Origin: an uncultured Acidobacteriota bacterium
Lineage (GTDB): Bacteria; Acidobacteriota; UBA6911
DNA length: 64,000 nucleotides
Direction of reading: 5' to 3'
NCBI GenBank assembly: GCA_964481255.1
Contig: CAYZTZ010000002.1
Coordinates: 39,131-103,130, forward strand
A model generated the notes under the pieces. That model did not search any database and had not been told where the DNA came from. It saw nothing but the letters and a program-made list of their open reading frames with translations. Within the stretch, counting starts at the first letter, position 1. Each line of letters begins with the position of its first letter. A program made the position numbers and the translations under genes. Of this stretch, positions 44,896 to 55,507 are shown piece by piece.

Positions 44896-46152
44896 ATGAA
44901 ATTTGAACTCCAGATCGCCCTCCGCTATCTCCGGGCGAAACGCAAGCAGACCATGGTCTCGGTCATCTCCGCCATTTCGGTTCTGGGAATCACGGCCGGC
45001 GTCATGGCCCTCGTGATCGCCCTGGCTCTTTCCACGGGTTTTAAAGAGGACGTTCAGAGCAAGATCATCGGGGCAACGTCGGCGATCAACCTGTTCCGGA
45101 TCGACAGCGCCCCCGTGAAAAATTACGAGGCCCTTCTTGGCAGGATCGGAAGCGTAAGCCGCGTGACCGGGAGCGCCCCCGCGATCCTGAACCAGGTTTT
45201 CATCGCAAGTTCAACCCGCAACCAGGGGGCCGCTCTCAAGGGCGTTCTGCCCGAGCGTGAACGGCAGGTATCGGACTTCTTCTCGCACATCGTCGCGGGA
45301 GATCCGCGGGCTTTGGACGGACGGACGGCGTCTCGCTCGGAGGATGCCCCCTTCCCTCTTGAAAGCATTATCATCGGCAGGCAAATGGCGAGGTCGATGG
45401 GCGTGGGACCGGGCGACACGCTGAAAATCTTTTACCCCATGGGACGGTTGACACCCCTGGGGATGACTTACTCCGAAAAGACAATGCGCGTCGCCGCCAT
45501 TTTCGAATCCGGCTTGTGGGACATCGACTCGAACTGGGCTTACGTCCACATCGATTCCGCCCGGCGCCTGTTTGCCCTCCCTCCGGACTCCGCTTCCTTC
45601 ATCCAGTTCAGGACCGACGATCTGGAGAACGCCGAGGCGATCGCCGCCGTCCTCCGCGACAAAGCCGGGCCGGGCTACACGACGACCACGTGGATCGAGA
45701 CCAACAAGCCCCTCTTCTCCGCTCTCAAGCTCGAGAGGCTGGTTCTCTTCCTCACCATCGGCCTGATTGTTCTCGTTGCTTCTCTTAACATCGTGACCAC
45801 GCTCATCATGATGGTTCTGGAAAAACAGGGGGATATCGCCATTCTCTCCGCGATGGGCGCCAACGAAAAGACCATTCAAAGAATCTTCATGCTTCAGGGC
45901 CTGATCATCGGCTTCATGGGAACGGCGCTGGGGGACGTGCTGGGCGTCGGTATCAGCTGGATTCTCGACACGCATCAACTGATCCGCCTGGAAGCTGAGA
46001 TTTACAGCATTCCCTATGTTCCTTTCCATGTCCGGACAATCGACGTTCTTCTGGTTTCGGCCACCTCGATGCTGATCAGTTACCTGGCCACCCTTTATCC
46101 CTCGCGGCGCGCCGCGAAGCTGGATCCGGTGGAGGTCCTGCGCTATGAGTAG
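44896..46152 (+). CDS. lolC: Lipoprotein-release ABC permease (LolC/E family)
   Basis: MKFELQIALRYLRAKRKQTMVSVISAISVLGI, a periplasmic MacB-like domain, and a C-terminal FtsX domain ending DPVEVLRYE. Confidence 0.85.
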   Translation: MKFELQIALRYLRAKRKQTMVSVISAISVLGITAGVMALVIALALSTGFKEDVQSKIIGATSAINLFRIDSAPVKNYEALLGRIGSVSRVTGSAPAILNQVFIASSTRNQGAALKGVLPERERQVSDFFSHIVAGDPRALDGRTASRSEDAPFPLESIIIGRQMARSMGVGPGDTLKIFYPMGRLTPLGMTYSEKTMRVAAIFESGLWDIDSNWAYVHIDSARRLFALPPDSASFIQFRTDDLENAEAIAAVLRDKAGPGYTTTTWIETNKPLFSALKLERLVLFLTIGLIVLVASLNIVTTLIMMVLEKQGDIAILSAMGANEKTIQRIFMLQGLIIGFMGTALGDVLGVGISWILDTHQLIRLEAEIYSIPYVPFHVRTIDVLLVSATSMLISYLATLYPSRRAAKLDPVEVLRYE

Positions 46153-46828
46153 GCTCCTGGATGCGCGCGAACTCCATAAAAGCTATGTTTCCGGAAACGA
46201 GCGTCTGGAAATCCTGACCGGACTTTCTCTGGCGGTGGATGAAGGGGACATGATCGGTATCACCGGCGTTTCGGGCTCCGGCAAGAGCACGCTCCTGCAT
46301 CTGCTGGGGGGGATGGACCGGCCGGACCGTGGATCCATCAGGATTCTGGACCGGGAGCTCGGCGCCATGACGCCTCCGGAGCTTTCGGAGTTCCGCAACA
46401 GGACGATCGGGTTCGTCTTCCAGTTCCATCACCTGCTTCCCGAATTCACGGCCCTTGAAAACGTCATGATGCCGCTGCTCATCCGGGGAGCGCCGCCGGA
46501 GGAGGCGTGCGCGCCGGCGCGGGCCTTGCTGGCGGAAGTGGGGCTGGATCAGCGCAGCCGCCACCGTCCCGGCGAATTATCCGGCGGCGAGCAGCAGAGG
46601 GTGGCTCTGGCCCGCGCCCTGATCGGCCGGCCGCGTCTCCTGCTGGCCGATGAGCCCACCGGCAACGTGGATCCTCAAACCGGGCGGGCCATCGGCGAAC
46701 TTCTGCGCGGGCTTCACGCGCGCCACAACCTTACTTCCGTCATCGTCACTCACAACGAAAGGCTTGCCCGCGTCTGTTCCCGCATTTACCGGCTGGAGGA
46801 CGGCAGACTGAAGACGAATAACGGTTGA
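46145..46828 (+). CDS. lolD: Lipoprotein-release ABC ATP-binding protein
   Basis: Overlaps lolC by 8 nt. Walker [10 protein letters not shown], signature LSGGEQQR, Walker [13 protein letters not shown]. Confidence 0.85.
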   Translation: MSRLLDARELHKSYVSGNERLEILTGLSLAVDEGDMIGITGVSGSGKSTLLHLLGGMDRPDRGSIRILDRELGAMTPPELSEFRNRTIGFVFQFHHLLPEFTALENVMMPLLIRGAPPEEACAPARALLAEVGLDQRSRHRPGELSGGEQQRVALARALIGRPRLLLADEPTGNVDPQTGRAIGELLRGLHARHNLTSVIVTHNERLARVCSRIYRLEDGRLKTNNG

Positions 46829-47058
46829 AGCCCTTGCCTTCCCTTCGCTTCCGTTTGCGGCGCCCGCCGGATCGTTCCGCGGACAGCCCGGCCCTGGCGC
46901 CGAGCAGGCCCCGTCCAGCTTCCTGCGAGCGCTTCAGTGAAAAGGCGGATTGTTCCCGCATCACCTCAAAGGCCCTTTCAGCCCGCGACCCGGCCATTTG
47001 CCGAAACCATCCGAAGCGAATCATGTTCCATGCGCCATTGCTGTTCCCGCGGATGGCT

Positions 47059-47087
47059 TTGCACTCCTGCGCGTCTGTCCGTATAAT
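47059..47087 (+). promoter_or_regulatory. Candidate sigma70-type promoter for clpC: TTGCAC, 17 nt spacer, TATAAT
   Basis: TTGCAC at 47059-47064 and TATAAT at 47082-47087, 33 nt upstream of the clpC ATG. Confidence 0.4.
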
Positions 47088-47119
47088 AAAGGACGGCAGA
47101 GGGAGTCGAAAAACCGGCC

Positions 47120-49558
47120 ATGTTCGAGAAATACACCGAGAGAGCCCGAAGAGTGCTGTTTTTCGCGCGCTATGAGGCGAACCAGTTCGGCAGCCCCTGC
47201 ATCGAGACCGAGCACCTTCTGCTCGGCCTCATTCGGGAGGAAAAGAATCTGACGGCGCGTTTTCTCCCGGGTTCCCATACCTCCTTCCAGGATATCCGGA
47301 GAGAAATCGAGGGCCGCGCGCCGGCGCGGCAGAGAGTGTCCGCGTCCCTCGAAATGCCGTTTTCGGACGAGGTCAAGCGGGTCTTGAACAGCGCGGCCGA
47401 AGAAGCGGAAAGCCTGTCCCACAGGCATATCGGGATGGAACATCTCCTGCTGGCCCTGCTGAAGGAAGAAAAATCTTTGGCCTCCTCCATTTTGAGAGAG
47501 CATGGGCTCCACCCGGCAATGGTGCGCGAGGAATTAAAGCGCGGGGGGGCGGACGCGCAGCCCCAAAGCCGGTCCAGGGACCCGCTGAGCCTGGCCGAGT
47601 TTTCGAGAGACCTCACGGAAGCGGCGGAGCGGGACGATCTGGACCCGCTGGTAGGTAGAGAGAGGGAGATCGAGCGCGTCATCCAGATCCTTTGCCGCCG
47701 CACCAAAAACAATCCCGTCCTGATAGGCGAGCCCGGAGTCGGCAAGACTGCGATCGTCGAGGGTCTGGCGCAGCGGATCGTCCGGGGGCAGGTCCCGCCC
47801 CAGCTCATGGACAAGAGAATACTTGCGCTTGACCTGTCGCTCATCGTGGCGGGAACGAAATACCGCGGCCAGTTCGAAGAACGGCTGAAGACGATCCTGA
47901 AGGAGCTCATGGAAAACCGGGACCTGATTCTTTTCGTGGACGAGCTCCACACCATCGTGGGCGCCGGTTCCGCCGAGGGCTCCCTGGACGCCGCCAACAT
48001 CCTGAAGCCGTCCCTTTCCCGCGGAGAGATTCAATGCATCGGCTCCTCCACGCCCCAGGAATATCGACGCTCGATTGAAAAGGACCGTTCGCTGGAGCGA
48101 AGGTTTCAGGCAGTCAAGGTAGCGCCTCCTTCCGAAGCCGAAAGCATCGCCATCCTGCACGGCATCAAACACAAATACGAGAGCTTTCACCAGGTGCGGT
48201 ACACGGACGAGGCGCTGGAAGCCGCCGTCGGCCTCTCCGCGCGCTACATCCCGGATCGATTCCTGCCGGACAAGGCCATTGATTGCATGGACGAAGCGGG
48301 CGCGCGCGTTAAGCTGCGGGGCTCGACCCTGCCGGAGGAGGTCGTGAACGCGCAGCGGAGAATACGGCTGATAAGCGGCCGGATCGACAGCGCCATCTCC
48401 GCACGGGAATTCGAGAAAGCCGCGAGCTACCGCCTTGAGGAGGAGAAGGAACAGGATCATCTGCGCGTCATCCGGGAGCGCTGGAAATTAAGGACCGCCT
48501 CGCCCGCCAAGGTGACCCGCGAGGACATCGAGGAAGTGATCGCCAGGTGGACCGGTATTCCGATATCCTCTCTGCAGGAAGAGGAAATGTCCAAGCTCCT
48601 CCGGATGGAAGAGGAGCTGCACAAGCGGCTGGTAAGCCAGGACAGGGCCATCCGGGCTCTCTGCCACGCCATCCGGAGGTCCCGCGCGGGTCTCAAGTCC
48701 CCCAAACGGCCGGTCGGCTCCTTCCTTTTTCTGGGGCCCACGGGAGTGGGCAAAACCGAAACGGCGCGGGCGCTGGCAGAATTCCTGTTCAACAGCGAGA
48801 ACGCCATGATCCGTCTGGACATGTCGGAGTATATGGAGAAGCACTCGGTCTCCAGGTTGATCGGCTCCCCTCCGGGCTACGTGGGCCACGAGGAGGGCGG
48901 CCAATTGACCGAGAAGGTGAAGCGGCAGCCTTATTCCGTGGTGCTTCTGGATGAAATCGAGAAGGCGCATCCGGATGTCTTCAATATTCTGCTGCAGGTA
49001 TTCGAGGACGGCCAGCTCACGGACTCGCTCGGCAACACGATCGATTTCAAGAACACCATCCTCATCATGACGTCCAATATCGGCGCCCGTTTTCTTGAAA
49101 AGCGCGGAGCCATGGGTTTTCAGGGCGGCGTCGGCAGCGATTCCGGGGGCATGGAGGCGCTCATCCACGGCGAAGTCAAGCGGATTTTCAATCCTGAGTT
49201 CCTCAACCGCCTCGACGAGATCATCCTTTTCCAATCCCTCACGGATCCGGACCTCGAAAGGATCGTGGATCTGCTCATCGGCGAGGTAAACGCCGTCATG
49301 AAAACGAAGAAACTCTCCATCGAGCTGACTCCCGAGGCGAGGCGATGGATCGTGTCCAAGACCTGCAGGGATCGCTCCTACGGGGCGCGGCCTCTGCGCC
49401 GGGCGATTCAAAAATACATCGAAGACCCGCTTTCGGTGGAAATCATCCGGAACCGGATCGAGCCGGAGTCCGAGCTTGAAATCTATCTTCAGCAGGACGC
49501 TCTTTACTACCGTCCCTGCGGGAACAGGGCCGTTTCGGGCAGCAGACTTTCCGATTAG
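47120..49558 (+). CDS. clpC: ATP-dependent Clp protease ATP-binding subunit ClpC
   Basis: Double Clp_N repeat, two AAA+ modules (GEPGVGKTA and GPTGVGKTE), and a UVR-like linker ([16 protein letters not shown]). 812 aa. Confidence 0.9.
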   Translation: MFEKYTERARRVLFFARYEANQFGSPCIETEHLLLGLIREEKNLTARFLPGSHTSFQDIRREIEGRAPARQRVSASLEMPFSDEVKRVLNSAAEEAESLSHRHIGMEHLLLALLKEEKSLASSILREHGLHPAMVREELKRGGADAQPQSRSRDPLSLAEFSRDLTEAAERDDLDPLVGREREIERVIQILCRRTKNNPVLIGEPGVGKTAIVEGLAQRIVRGQVPPQLMDKRILALDLSLIVAGTKYRGQFEERLKTILKELMENRDLILFVDELHTIVGAGSAEGSLDAANILKPSLSRGEIQCIGSSTPQEYRRSIEKDRSLERRFQAVKVAPPSEAESIAILHGIKHKYESFHQVRYTDEALEAAVGLSARYIPDRFLPDKAIDCMDEAGARVKLRGSTLPEEVVNAQRRIRLISGRIDSAISAREFEKAASYRLEEEKEQDHLRVIRERWKLRTASPAKVTREDIEEVIARWTGIPISSLQEEEMSKLLRMEEELHKRLVSQDRAIRALCHAIRRSRAGLKSPKRPVGSFLFLGPTGVGKTETARALAEFLFNSENAMIRLDMSEYMEKHSVSRLIGSPPGYVGHEEGGQLTEKVKRQPYSVVLLDEIEKAHPDVFNILLQVFEDGQLTDSLGNTIDFKNTILIMTSNIGARFLEKRGAMGFQGGVGSDSGGMEALIHGEVKRIFNPEFLNRLDEIILFQSLTDPDLERIVDLLIGEVNAVMKTKKLSIELTPEARRWIVSKTCRDRSYGARPLRRAIQKYIEDPLSVEIIRNRIEPESELEIYLQQDALYYRPCGNRAVSGSRLSD

Positions 49559-49807
49559 CAGCCGCCGCCCGGCGAGAAAAGGAACGCGCGGCTTCGATCG
49601 AAAGTCCATGGGAAGAGCGCGACGGGCCCGCGGCGGATGGGATCCGGTACTTCGCATGGGATATGCGCTGCGGGGAACGTCTTCACGGGAAGCCTCGTCA
49701 TACCGGGCACGATGCCAAATCATGGACACGCTCCTTCTGGATTTCACGGGCCGATTTATCTAAGATAAAGCGTCCGTTTCAATGAGCGCCGACCGGCTGG
49801 AGGACAG

Positions 49808-52393
49808 ATGGTCAAATCAGCGAGACTGGGAATCTGGATAATTGGGATCCTGCTGGCGGGTTCCGCGGTTTTTGCGCAGCAGCCCAAGCAGACCATCATC
49901 GAGCGGGTGGACATCCGGGGCAACCGGCGCATTCCGGAGGAGACGATCCGCTTTTACATCCAATCCAGACCGGGAGAACCCTACGACGAGCGGCGCCTCG
50001 AATTCGACCTCCGGGCCCTTTTCAAGGCGAACTGGTTCGAAAACATCGAGATCGAGGAAAGGGACGGCGATACGGGCAAGATCATCACGTTCGTTTTAAA
50101 GGAAAAGCCTCTCATCCGATCCATCGAATACTCAGGGAACAAGTCCTTTACGGAATCCGACATTCTGGATGAGTTCAAAGAGAAGAAGGTGGGGCTCACG
50201 GTCGACAGCCAATATGATCCCGCCAAGATCCGCGCCGCCGAGCGCACGCTCAAGGATCTGATGACCCAGAACGGGAAGCCTCTTGGGACCGTGGAGACAA
50301 TCATCGAGAACATCCCTCCCTCCAGCGTCAAAGTGCGCTTCGTCATGGACGAGGGCCCCAAAGTGCGCATCGGGCAGATACGGTTCGTCGGCGAGAAGGT
50401 CTTCAGCGACGGCACGTTGAAAAAGGCCCTGAAGCTCAACAAAGAGCGGGGCATGGTCTCCATGTTCAAGGGGACCGACAAGTATCACCGGGACAAGCTC
50501 GACGCGGATATCGAGATGAACCTGAAGGCCTTCTATAAGGAACACGGCTACATGCAGGTCCAGGTTGGGGAACCCGTAACCCGGATTTTCGAGGGGCCGC
50601 GAGGCTCGATTCCCTTCATGAGGAAAACCAGACAGCAGTTTTATGTCGAGATACCGATTGTCGCGGGCGATCAGTTCCGTCTGGGGAAACTGGAACTGCA
50701 AAACTGCGGCATGTTCGACTGCGAGAAACTGGCCACTCTTTTCGGCCTGAAAAAGGGGGATGTCGTCAACTTCAAGCAGATCAAGGACACTCTCGAACAG
50801 ATGAAAAAACTTTACGGCAACGCCGGCTATATCAACTGGTCCTATCTGCCGGAACAGAATATGAACCCCCAAAACAAGACCATGGACCTGATCTTCCGAT
50901 TCGAGCCGGATAAGCAGTTCCTTGTCCGGCGCATCGACTTCCAGGGGAACACCAAGACGCGGGACAAGGTCATGCGGCGCGAGTTCGTCCTGGAGGAAGG
51001 GAGAATCTTCAGCAGCGCACTTTTGGACGCTTCCGTTCTGCGTCTCAACCAGCTCGGATTCTTCGACAAGATCGAGGAGAAGGACTACGAGGTGAAACCG
51101 GACGACAAGACCGGACTTGTGGACGTCGTCGTCAACGTGAAGGAAAAGAGCCAGCGCTCCATCGGATTTACGGGCGGCGTCAGCGGCATCTCGGGCAGTT
51201 TCCTGGGACTAAACTATTCGGACAACAACTTCCTCGGCCGGGGGGAATCGCTGGAGGTCAGCATTTCGGGCGGCACCCGCACCGCCAACTTCCTGGTCGC
51301 GTTCACCGAACCCTATCTCATGGATACGCGATGGAGCTTGGGGCTTTCCGTCTTCAACACCCGGTATCGCTATGACACCTACAGCGCCTACGGGATCACG
51401 GATATCTACACGGGCGAGCCCGTAGAGCTGTTCACCCAGAAAACAACCGGGACGACTCTCAATCTGAGTCGCCGCATCGGGTACACTCCCTGGACATTCG
51501 GAGGCAGTTACAGCTATCAGAGCATCAGCATCACCAACATCGCCCCGGGGTTTGAGCCTTACGCCCTGGGCCAGTTCACCGGGTTCACGCCCGGCCAAGA
51601 TCCGAAGGCCGCCCTGCAGGGGATCATCCGCAGCGAAGTAACCCCCATGCTGAGTTACAACACGACGAACAGCTACTTCAACGCGACCCGGGGGAGCAGC
51701 ATCCACATATCCGCCGCCGTCACGGGCGGAATTCTCGGCGGCGATTTCAGCATGATACGGCCCTCCGTCGTCTATCGCCGTTTTTTCCCCGACCGATGGT
51801 TGAGCGGCGGACGCAACACCTTCGGCATCAATCTGCAGGGACAATACATCCAGGCCTACAACAACTCGAGCGTCCCTTTCTTCGAACGCTTTTTCATCGG
51901 GGGCGAAAACACGATCCGGGGATTCGACATCCGGTCCATCAGCCCGCTGGCCCTTGTCTCGACCCGGCAGTTCGACTCCAAGGGCGTCCCCATCATCGAC
52001 CTGAAGACGGGGCTGCCCGCCGTGACTCAAAGCCTCATTTCCGTGGGCGGCGACACCGTCGCCATATGCAATTTCGAATATCGCATACCAATCGCCGGCC
52101 CCTTGTCCCTGGCGGCCTTTTACGATATCGGGATCGCACGCGTGAGCCGGACGGCATCCCTTGGGGATTTCGGCTCCAGCCAGGTGGAAATGATCGACGC
52201 GTCCAACAACAAGCCGCACAGTTCGACGGGCATCGAGATCCAGTTCGTTCTCCCCGTAGTGAGCGCCCCCTTCCGCCTCATCTTCGCTTACAACCCGCAG
52301 AGGCTCAACGAAGACATCACGCTGGGAACTCAGACCATCCGTCTGCGTGAGCCGAGCGGCGACATCAAGTTCACTGTCGGACGCAGCTTCTGA
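49808..52393 (+). CDS. bamA: Outer-membrane protein assembly factor BamA
   Basis: Signal peptide, five POTRA-like repeats (VDIRGNRRIPEETIRFYI..., IEYSGNKSFTESDI..., IRFVGEKVFSD..., IDFQGNTKTRDKVMRREF...), and a C-terminal beta-barrel ending in F. Confidence 0.9.
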   Translation: MVKSARLGIWIIGILLAGSAVFAQQPKQTIIERVDIRGNRRIPEETIRFYIQSRPGEPYDERRLEFDLRALFKANWFENIEIEERDGDTGKIITFVLKEKPLIRSIEYSGNKSFTESDILDEFKEKKVGLTVDSQYDPAKIRAAERTLKDLMTQNGKPLGTVETIIENIPPSSVKVRFVMDEGPKVRIGQIRFVGEKVFSDGTLKKALKLNKERGMVSMFKGTDKYHRDKLDADIEMNLKAFYKEHGYMQVQVGEPVTRIFEGPRGSIPFMRKTRQQFYVEIPIVAGDQFRLGKLELQNCGMFDCEKLATLFGLKKGDVVNFKQIKDTLEQMKKLYGNAGYINWSYLPEQNMNPQNKTMDLIFRFEPDKQFLVRRIDFQGNTKTRDKVMRREFVLEEGRIFSSALLDASVLRLNQLGFFDKIEEKDYEVKPDDKTGLVDVVVNVKEKSQRSIGFTGGVSGISGSFLGLNYSDNNFLGRGESLEVSISGGTRTANFLVAFTEPYLMDTRWSLGLSVFNTRYRYDTYSAYGITDIYTGEPVELFTQKTTGTTLNLSRRIGYTPWTFGGSYSYQSISITNIAPGFEPYALGQFTGFTPGQDPKAALQGIIRSEVTPMLSYNTTNSYFNATRGSSIHISAAVTGGILGGDFSMIRPSVVYRRFFPDRWLSGGRNTFGINLQGQYIQAYNNSSVPFFERFFIGGENTIRGFDIRSISPLALVSTRQFDSKGVPIIDLKTGLPAVTQSLISVGGDTVAICNFEYRIPIAGPLSLAAFYDIGIARVSRTASLGDFGSSQVEMIDASNNKPHSSTGIEIQFVLPVVSAPFRLIFAYNPQRLNEDITLGTQTIRLREPSGDIKFTVGRSF

Positions 52394-52527
52394 TTCCTCT
52401 TGGCCGGGATCCAAAACTATAGTATCGTGGGACATTTCACGCGAGCCTCAGGGTTTTGGCGGGGCCGTGCGAATTGCCCAAGAGGGGTTTGCCTGATCTT
52501 GAAATTGCAAAGGAGAACAGAGTGCCC

Positions 52528-53136
52528 ATGAGTCGAAGAACGTTTCACGCTCTTATTGCCGTTTTCTGGATGCCTCTATTGGGCATCGCGCAGACGGACG
52601 CCCAGGCACCGGCGGCTCCGCTTTCCGCGGCCGTCCCAGCACCGAAACTGGCATGGATCAACCTCGAAGCGGTCATCTTCAGCTGCGACGAGGGGAAACG
52701 GGAGTTCACGGAAATCCAGAAGTTTGTGGACGGCAAGAACAGCGAGCTCGAAGCCATGAAGAAAGAGCTTGAAAGCCTCAGAAACAAGCTGAGCGTGCAG
52801 GGTTCCAAGCTCACCGACGAGGCCCGGGAGGATCTGGAAAATGAGATTGAGGCCAAGAACACGAGCCTTCAGCGATTCCAGGAGGACACCCAGAAGGAAA
52901 TCGACAACCGGCGCGTGCGGGCCACAAACTTCATCGGCCGGAGAATGCTTCCCGTCATCGAGAAGATTTCCAAGGAAAAGGGACTCGCGGCCGTCTTCTA
53001 CTTCAATTCATCCCGGGACGCATGGGTAGATCCATCGCTCAACCTGACGGAGGAAATCGTCAAAGCCTATAATCAGGCATACCCGGTCGGCACGGCCAAA
53101 GCCCCCGCAGCTCCTGCGCCCGCTTCCAAGCCTTGA
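52528..53136 (+). CDS. skp: OmpH/Skp-family periplasmic chaperone
   Basis: Signal peptide, then a long coiled-coil region (ELEAMKKELESLRNKLSVQGSKLTDEAREDLENEIEAKNTSLQRFQED). It occupies the conserved position after bamA. A GTG at 52522 is an alternative start. Confidence 0.75.
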   Translation: MSRRTFHALIAVFWMPLLGIAQTDAQAPAAPLSAAVPAPKLAWINLEAVIFSCDEGKREFTEIQKFVDGKNSELEAMKKELESLRNKLSVQGSKLTDEAREDLENEIEAKNTSLQRFQEDTQKEIDNRRVRATNFIGRRMLPVIEKISKEKGLAAVFYFNSSRDAWVDPSLNLTEEIVKAYNQAYPVGTAKAPAAPAPASKP

Positions 53137-53254
53137 AATTCCGCCGCTCTGCAACGGCAAAGCCCGGGCCTTCCCGGAAGCCCGGAGCGGAGGACGGGAA
53201 ACACGGGGAAACGGGATCGGGAGCCCTTTCCCCGGCAGACACGGGGATAGCCAC

Positions 53255-53722
53255 TTGGCACGCAACATTCACGACATTCTCAACGTCCTTCCCCAGCGGT
53301 ATCCGTTTCTTCTGGTCGACCGCATTATCGAGACCGACGGCGCCACCCGAATGGTGGGTATCAAGAATGTCACCATCAACGAACCTTTTTTTCAGGGTCA
53401 TTTCCCGGACCATCCCGTTATGCCCGGCGTGCTGCTGGTTGAGGCGCTCGCCCAGGTCGGCGTCCTGCTCCTGTTGAACTCCGACGAAGACAGGGCATCG
53501 AAACTGGTCTATTTTTCCGCTATCGACAGGTGCCGATTCCGGCAGCCCGTCTTCCCCGGAGATCAGCTTCGACTGGAAGTGACGGTACTGAAAAGGCGGG
53601 ACCATTACTTTAAAATGAGCGGCCGGGCGCTCGTTGAAGGCGGCGTCGCCGTGGAAGCAGAACTAGCCTGCTCCGTGGTGGATCGTCCTCCCGCGGAGCA
53701 TCCCGGAGGGCCCCATCGATAA
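53255..53722 (+). CDS. fabZ: 3-hydroxyacyl-ACP dehydratase FabZ
   Basis: LPQRYPFLLVDRIIE...NEPFFQGHFPDHPVMPGVLLVEALAQ. The start codon is TTG. Confidence 0.95.
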   Translation: MARNIHDILNVLPQRYPFLLVDRIIETDGATRMVGIKNVTINEPFFQGHFPDHPVMPGVLLVEALAQVGVLLLLNSDEDRASKLVYFSAIDRCRFRQPVFPGDQLRLEVTVLKRRDHYFKMSGRALVEGGVAVEAELACSVVDRPPAEHPGGPHR

Positions 53723-53755
53723 AGGAGACGACCGCCGCCGCTTTTCAGGATTGCC

Positions 53756-54535
53756 ATGTCCATACACCCGACTGCCATCGTGCAGGAACCCTGCGATATT
53801 TCCCCGGAGGCCCGCATCGGGCCCTATTGCGTCATCGGCCCGCACACCCGCATAGGGGCGGGGACGGTACTGGATTCCCACGTCACCGTCCACGGCTGGA
53901 CCACCATCGGCGAGCGCTGCCGCTTCTACAGCCACAGCTCGGTCGGGACCGATCCGCAGGACCTTAAGTACAAGGGCGAGCCGACTTACCTGAGAATCGG
54001 CAACGACAACGTCTTCCGGGAATTCGTGAGCCTGAACCGCGGGACCCGGGGAGGAAGGGGCATAACCGTCATCGGAGACGGCAATTTTCTGATGGCCTAC
54101 AGCCATGTCGCGCACGACTGTGTCGTCGGCAACCATGTCATCATGGCGAACGCGGCGACGCTCGCCGGACACGTGGCCGTCGGCGATCATGCCACGATCG
54201 GAGCCTTTTCGGCCGTGCACCAGTTCTGCAGGGTGGGCCCCCATGCCTTCATCGGCGGCTTTTCCGTCATCACGCGGGACTCGCTCCCTTTCATCAAGAC
54301 CGTAGGCCAGCGCAACGAGGCCAGGATATACGGCATCAACTCCATCGGGTTGCGCCGCAAAGGTTTTACGGAACAGTCCATCCTGGAGTTGAAACAGGCC
54401 TATCGGATCTTCTTCCGTTCCGGCAAAAACACGGAGGAGGCGCTGGCGGAGGCGCGCGCAAGACAATGGACGGCGCCTGAAGTGACGACCCTGATCGATT
54501 TTATGGAGAGTTCGGAGCGCGGCTTCATCCGCTGA
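53756..54535 (+). CDS. lpxA: Acyl-ACP--UDP-N-acetylglucosamine O-acyltransferase
   Basis: IHPTAIV start, hexapeptide repeats, and a C-terminal helical domain (GINSIGLRRKGF...LKQAYRIFFRS). Confidence 0.95.
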   Translation: MSIHPTAIVQEPCDISPEARIGPYCVIGPHTRIGAGTVLDSHVTVHGWTTIGERCRFYSHSSVGTDPQDLKYKGEPTYLRIGNDNVFREFVSLNRGTRGGRGITVIGDGNFLMAYSHVAHDCVVGNHVIMANAATLAGHVAVGDHATIGAFSAVHQFCRVGPHAFIGGFSVITRDSLPFIKTVGQRNEARIYGINSIGLRRKGFTEQSILELKQAYRIFFRSGKNTEEALAEARARQWTAPEVTTLIDFMESSERGFIR

Positions 54536-54598
54536 TCACGGCGCCTGCCGCCGATATCTTGAAAAGCCGCCTTCAAATCTCGATCCCCGAATCCTTGT

Positions 54599-55429
54599 AT
54601 GGCTGAACCGAAGGAAAAATACGGCCTCATCGCCGGAAACGGCCAGTTCCCCTTCGCGGTGCTTCAGTCCGCCCGGGAGCAGGCCCTGGATGTCGTGGTC
54701 GCCGCGATCAAGGAGGAGACCCTCCCCGAAATAGAATCCTGCGGATACCCCGTTCACTGGCTTGGGCTCGGCGAATTGGGTACGCTGATCCGCCTGTTCC
54801 GGAAAGAGGGAGTCCGAAAGGCGATCATGGCGGGACAGGTCAAGCATGTGCAGATTTTCGGCTCCTCATTCCCGGACCTGACCATGATCCGAATGCTGGC
54901 CGGCCTCAAACGCAGGAATACCGACTCGCTGATCGGGGGCGTGGCCCGCGTTCTTGAAGAGTCCGGGATCTCCCTCGTCGACTCCACGATGCTGCTGAAG
55001 CCGCACCTCGCTCCGGAGGGCGCTCTAACGCGCCGGGGTCTCGACGCATCCGAGCAGGCGGATGTGGACTTCGGACGCCCCATCGCCCGGCGGATCGCCG
55101 CGATGGATATCGGGCAGACGATTGTTGTAAGGGACCGGGCTGTCGTGGCCGTGGAAGCCATGGAAGGAACCGATGCCGTCATCCGGCGCGCGGGGGAGCT
55201 GGCCCACAGGGAAAACCTGACCGTCATCAAGGTCAGCAAGCCGAAACAGGACATGCGCTTTGATATTCCCGTCATCGGACAGACGACTGTCCAGAATATG
55301 ATCGACTCGGGCGCCACCGCGCTCGTGATCGATGCCGGGCGAACCATCGTGTTCGACCGGGAAAAGCTTGTGGAGGAAGCCGACCGCCATAATATCGCCG
55401 TTGTGGGCCTGCCCCCGGAGGAGGATTGA
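54599..55429 (+). CDS. lpxI: UDP-2,3-diacylglucosamine diphosphatase LpxI (DUF1009)
   Basis: Contains GLIAGNGQFPF, DIGQTIVVRDRAVVAVEAMEGTDAVIRRAG and DMRFDIPVIG. Confidence 0.85.
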   Translation: MAEPKEKYGLIAGNGQFPFAVLQSAREQALDVVVAAIKEETLPEIESCGYPVHWLGLGELGTLIRLFRKEGVRKAIMAGQVKHVQIFGSSFPDLTMIRMLAGLKRRNTDSLIGGVARVLEESGISLVDSTMLLKPHLAPEGALTRRGLDASEQADVDFGRPIARRIAAMDIGQTIVVRDRAVVAVEAMEGTDAVIRRAGELAHRENLTVIKVSKPKQDMRFDIPVIGQTTVQNMIDSGATALVIDAGRTIVFDREKLVEEADRHNIAVVGLPPEED

Positions 55430-55507
55430 TGCTGCAACCCTTGCGCGAATCTCTCGTCCGCTCCCCTTTGTCCGCCGCCGGCCCTCAACCGCTTAGGGGA
55501 GAGGTGA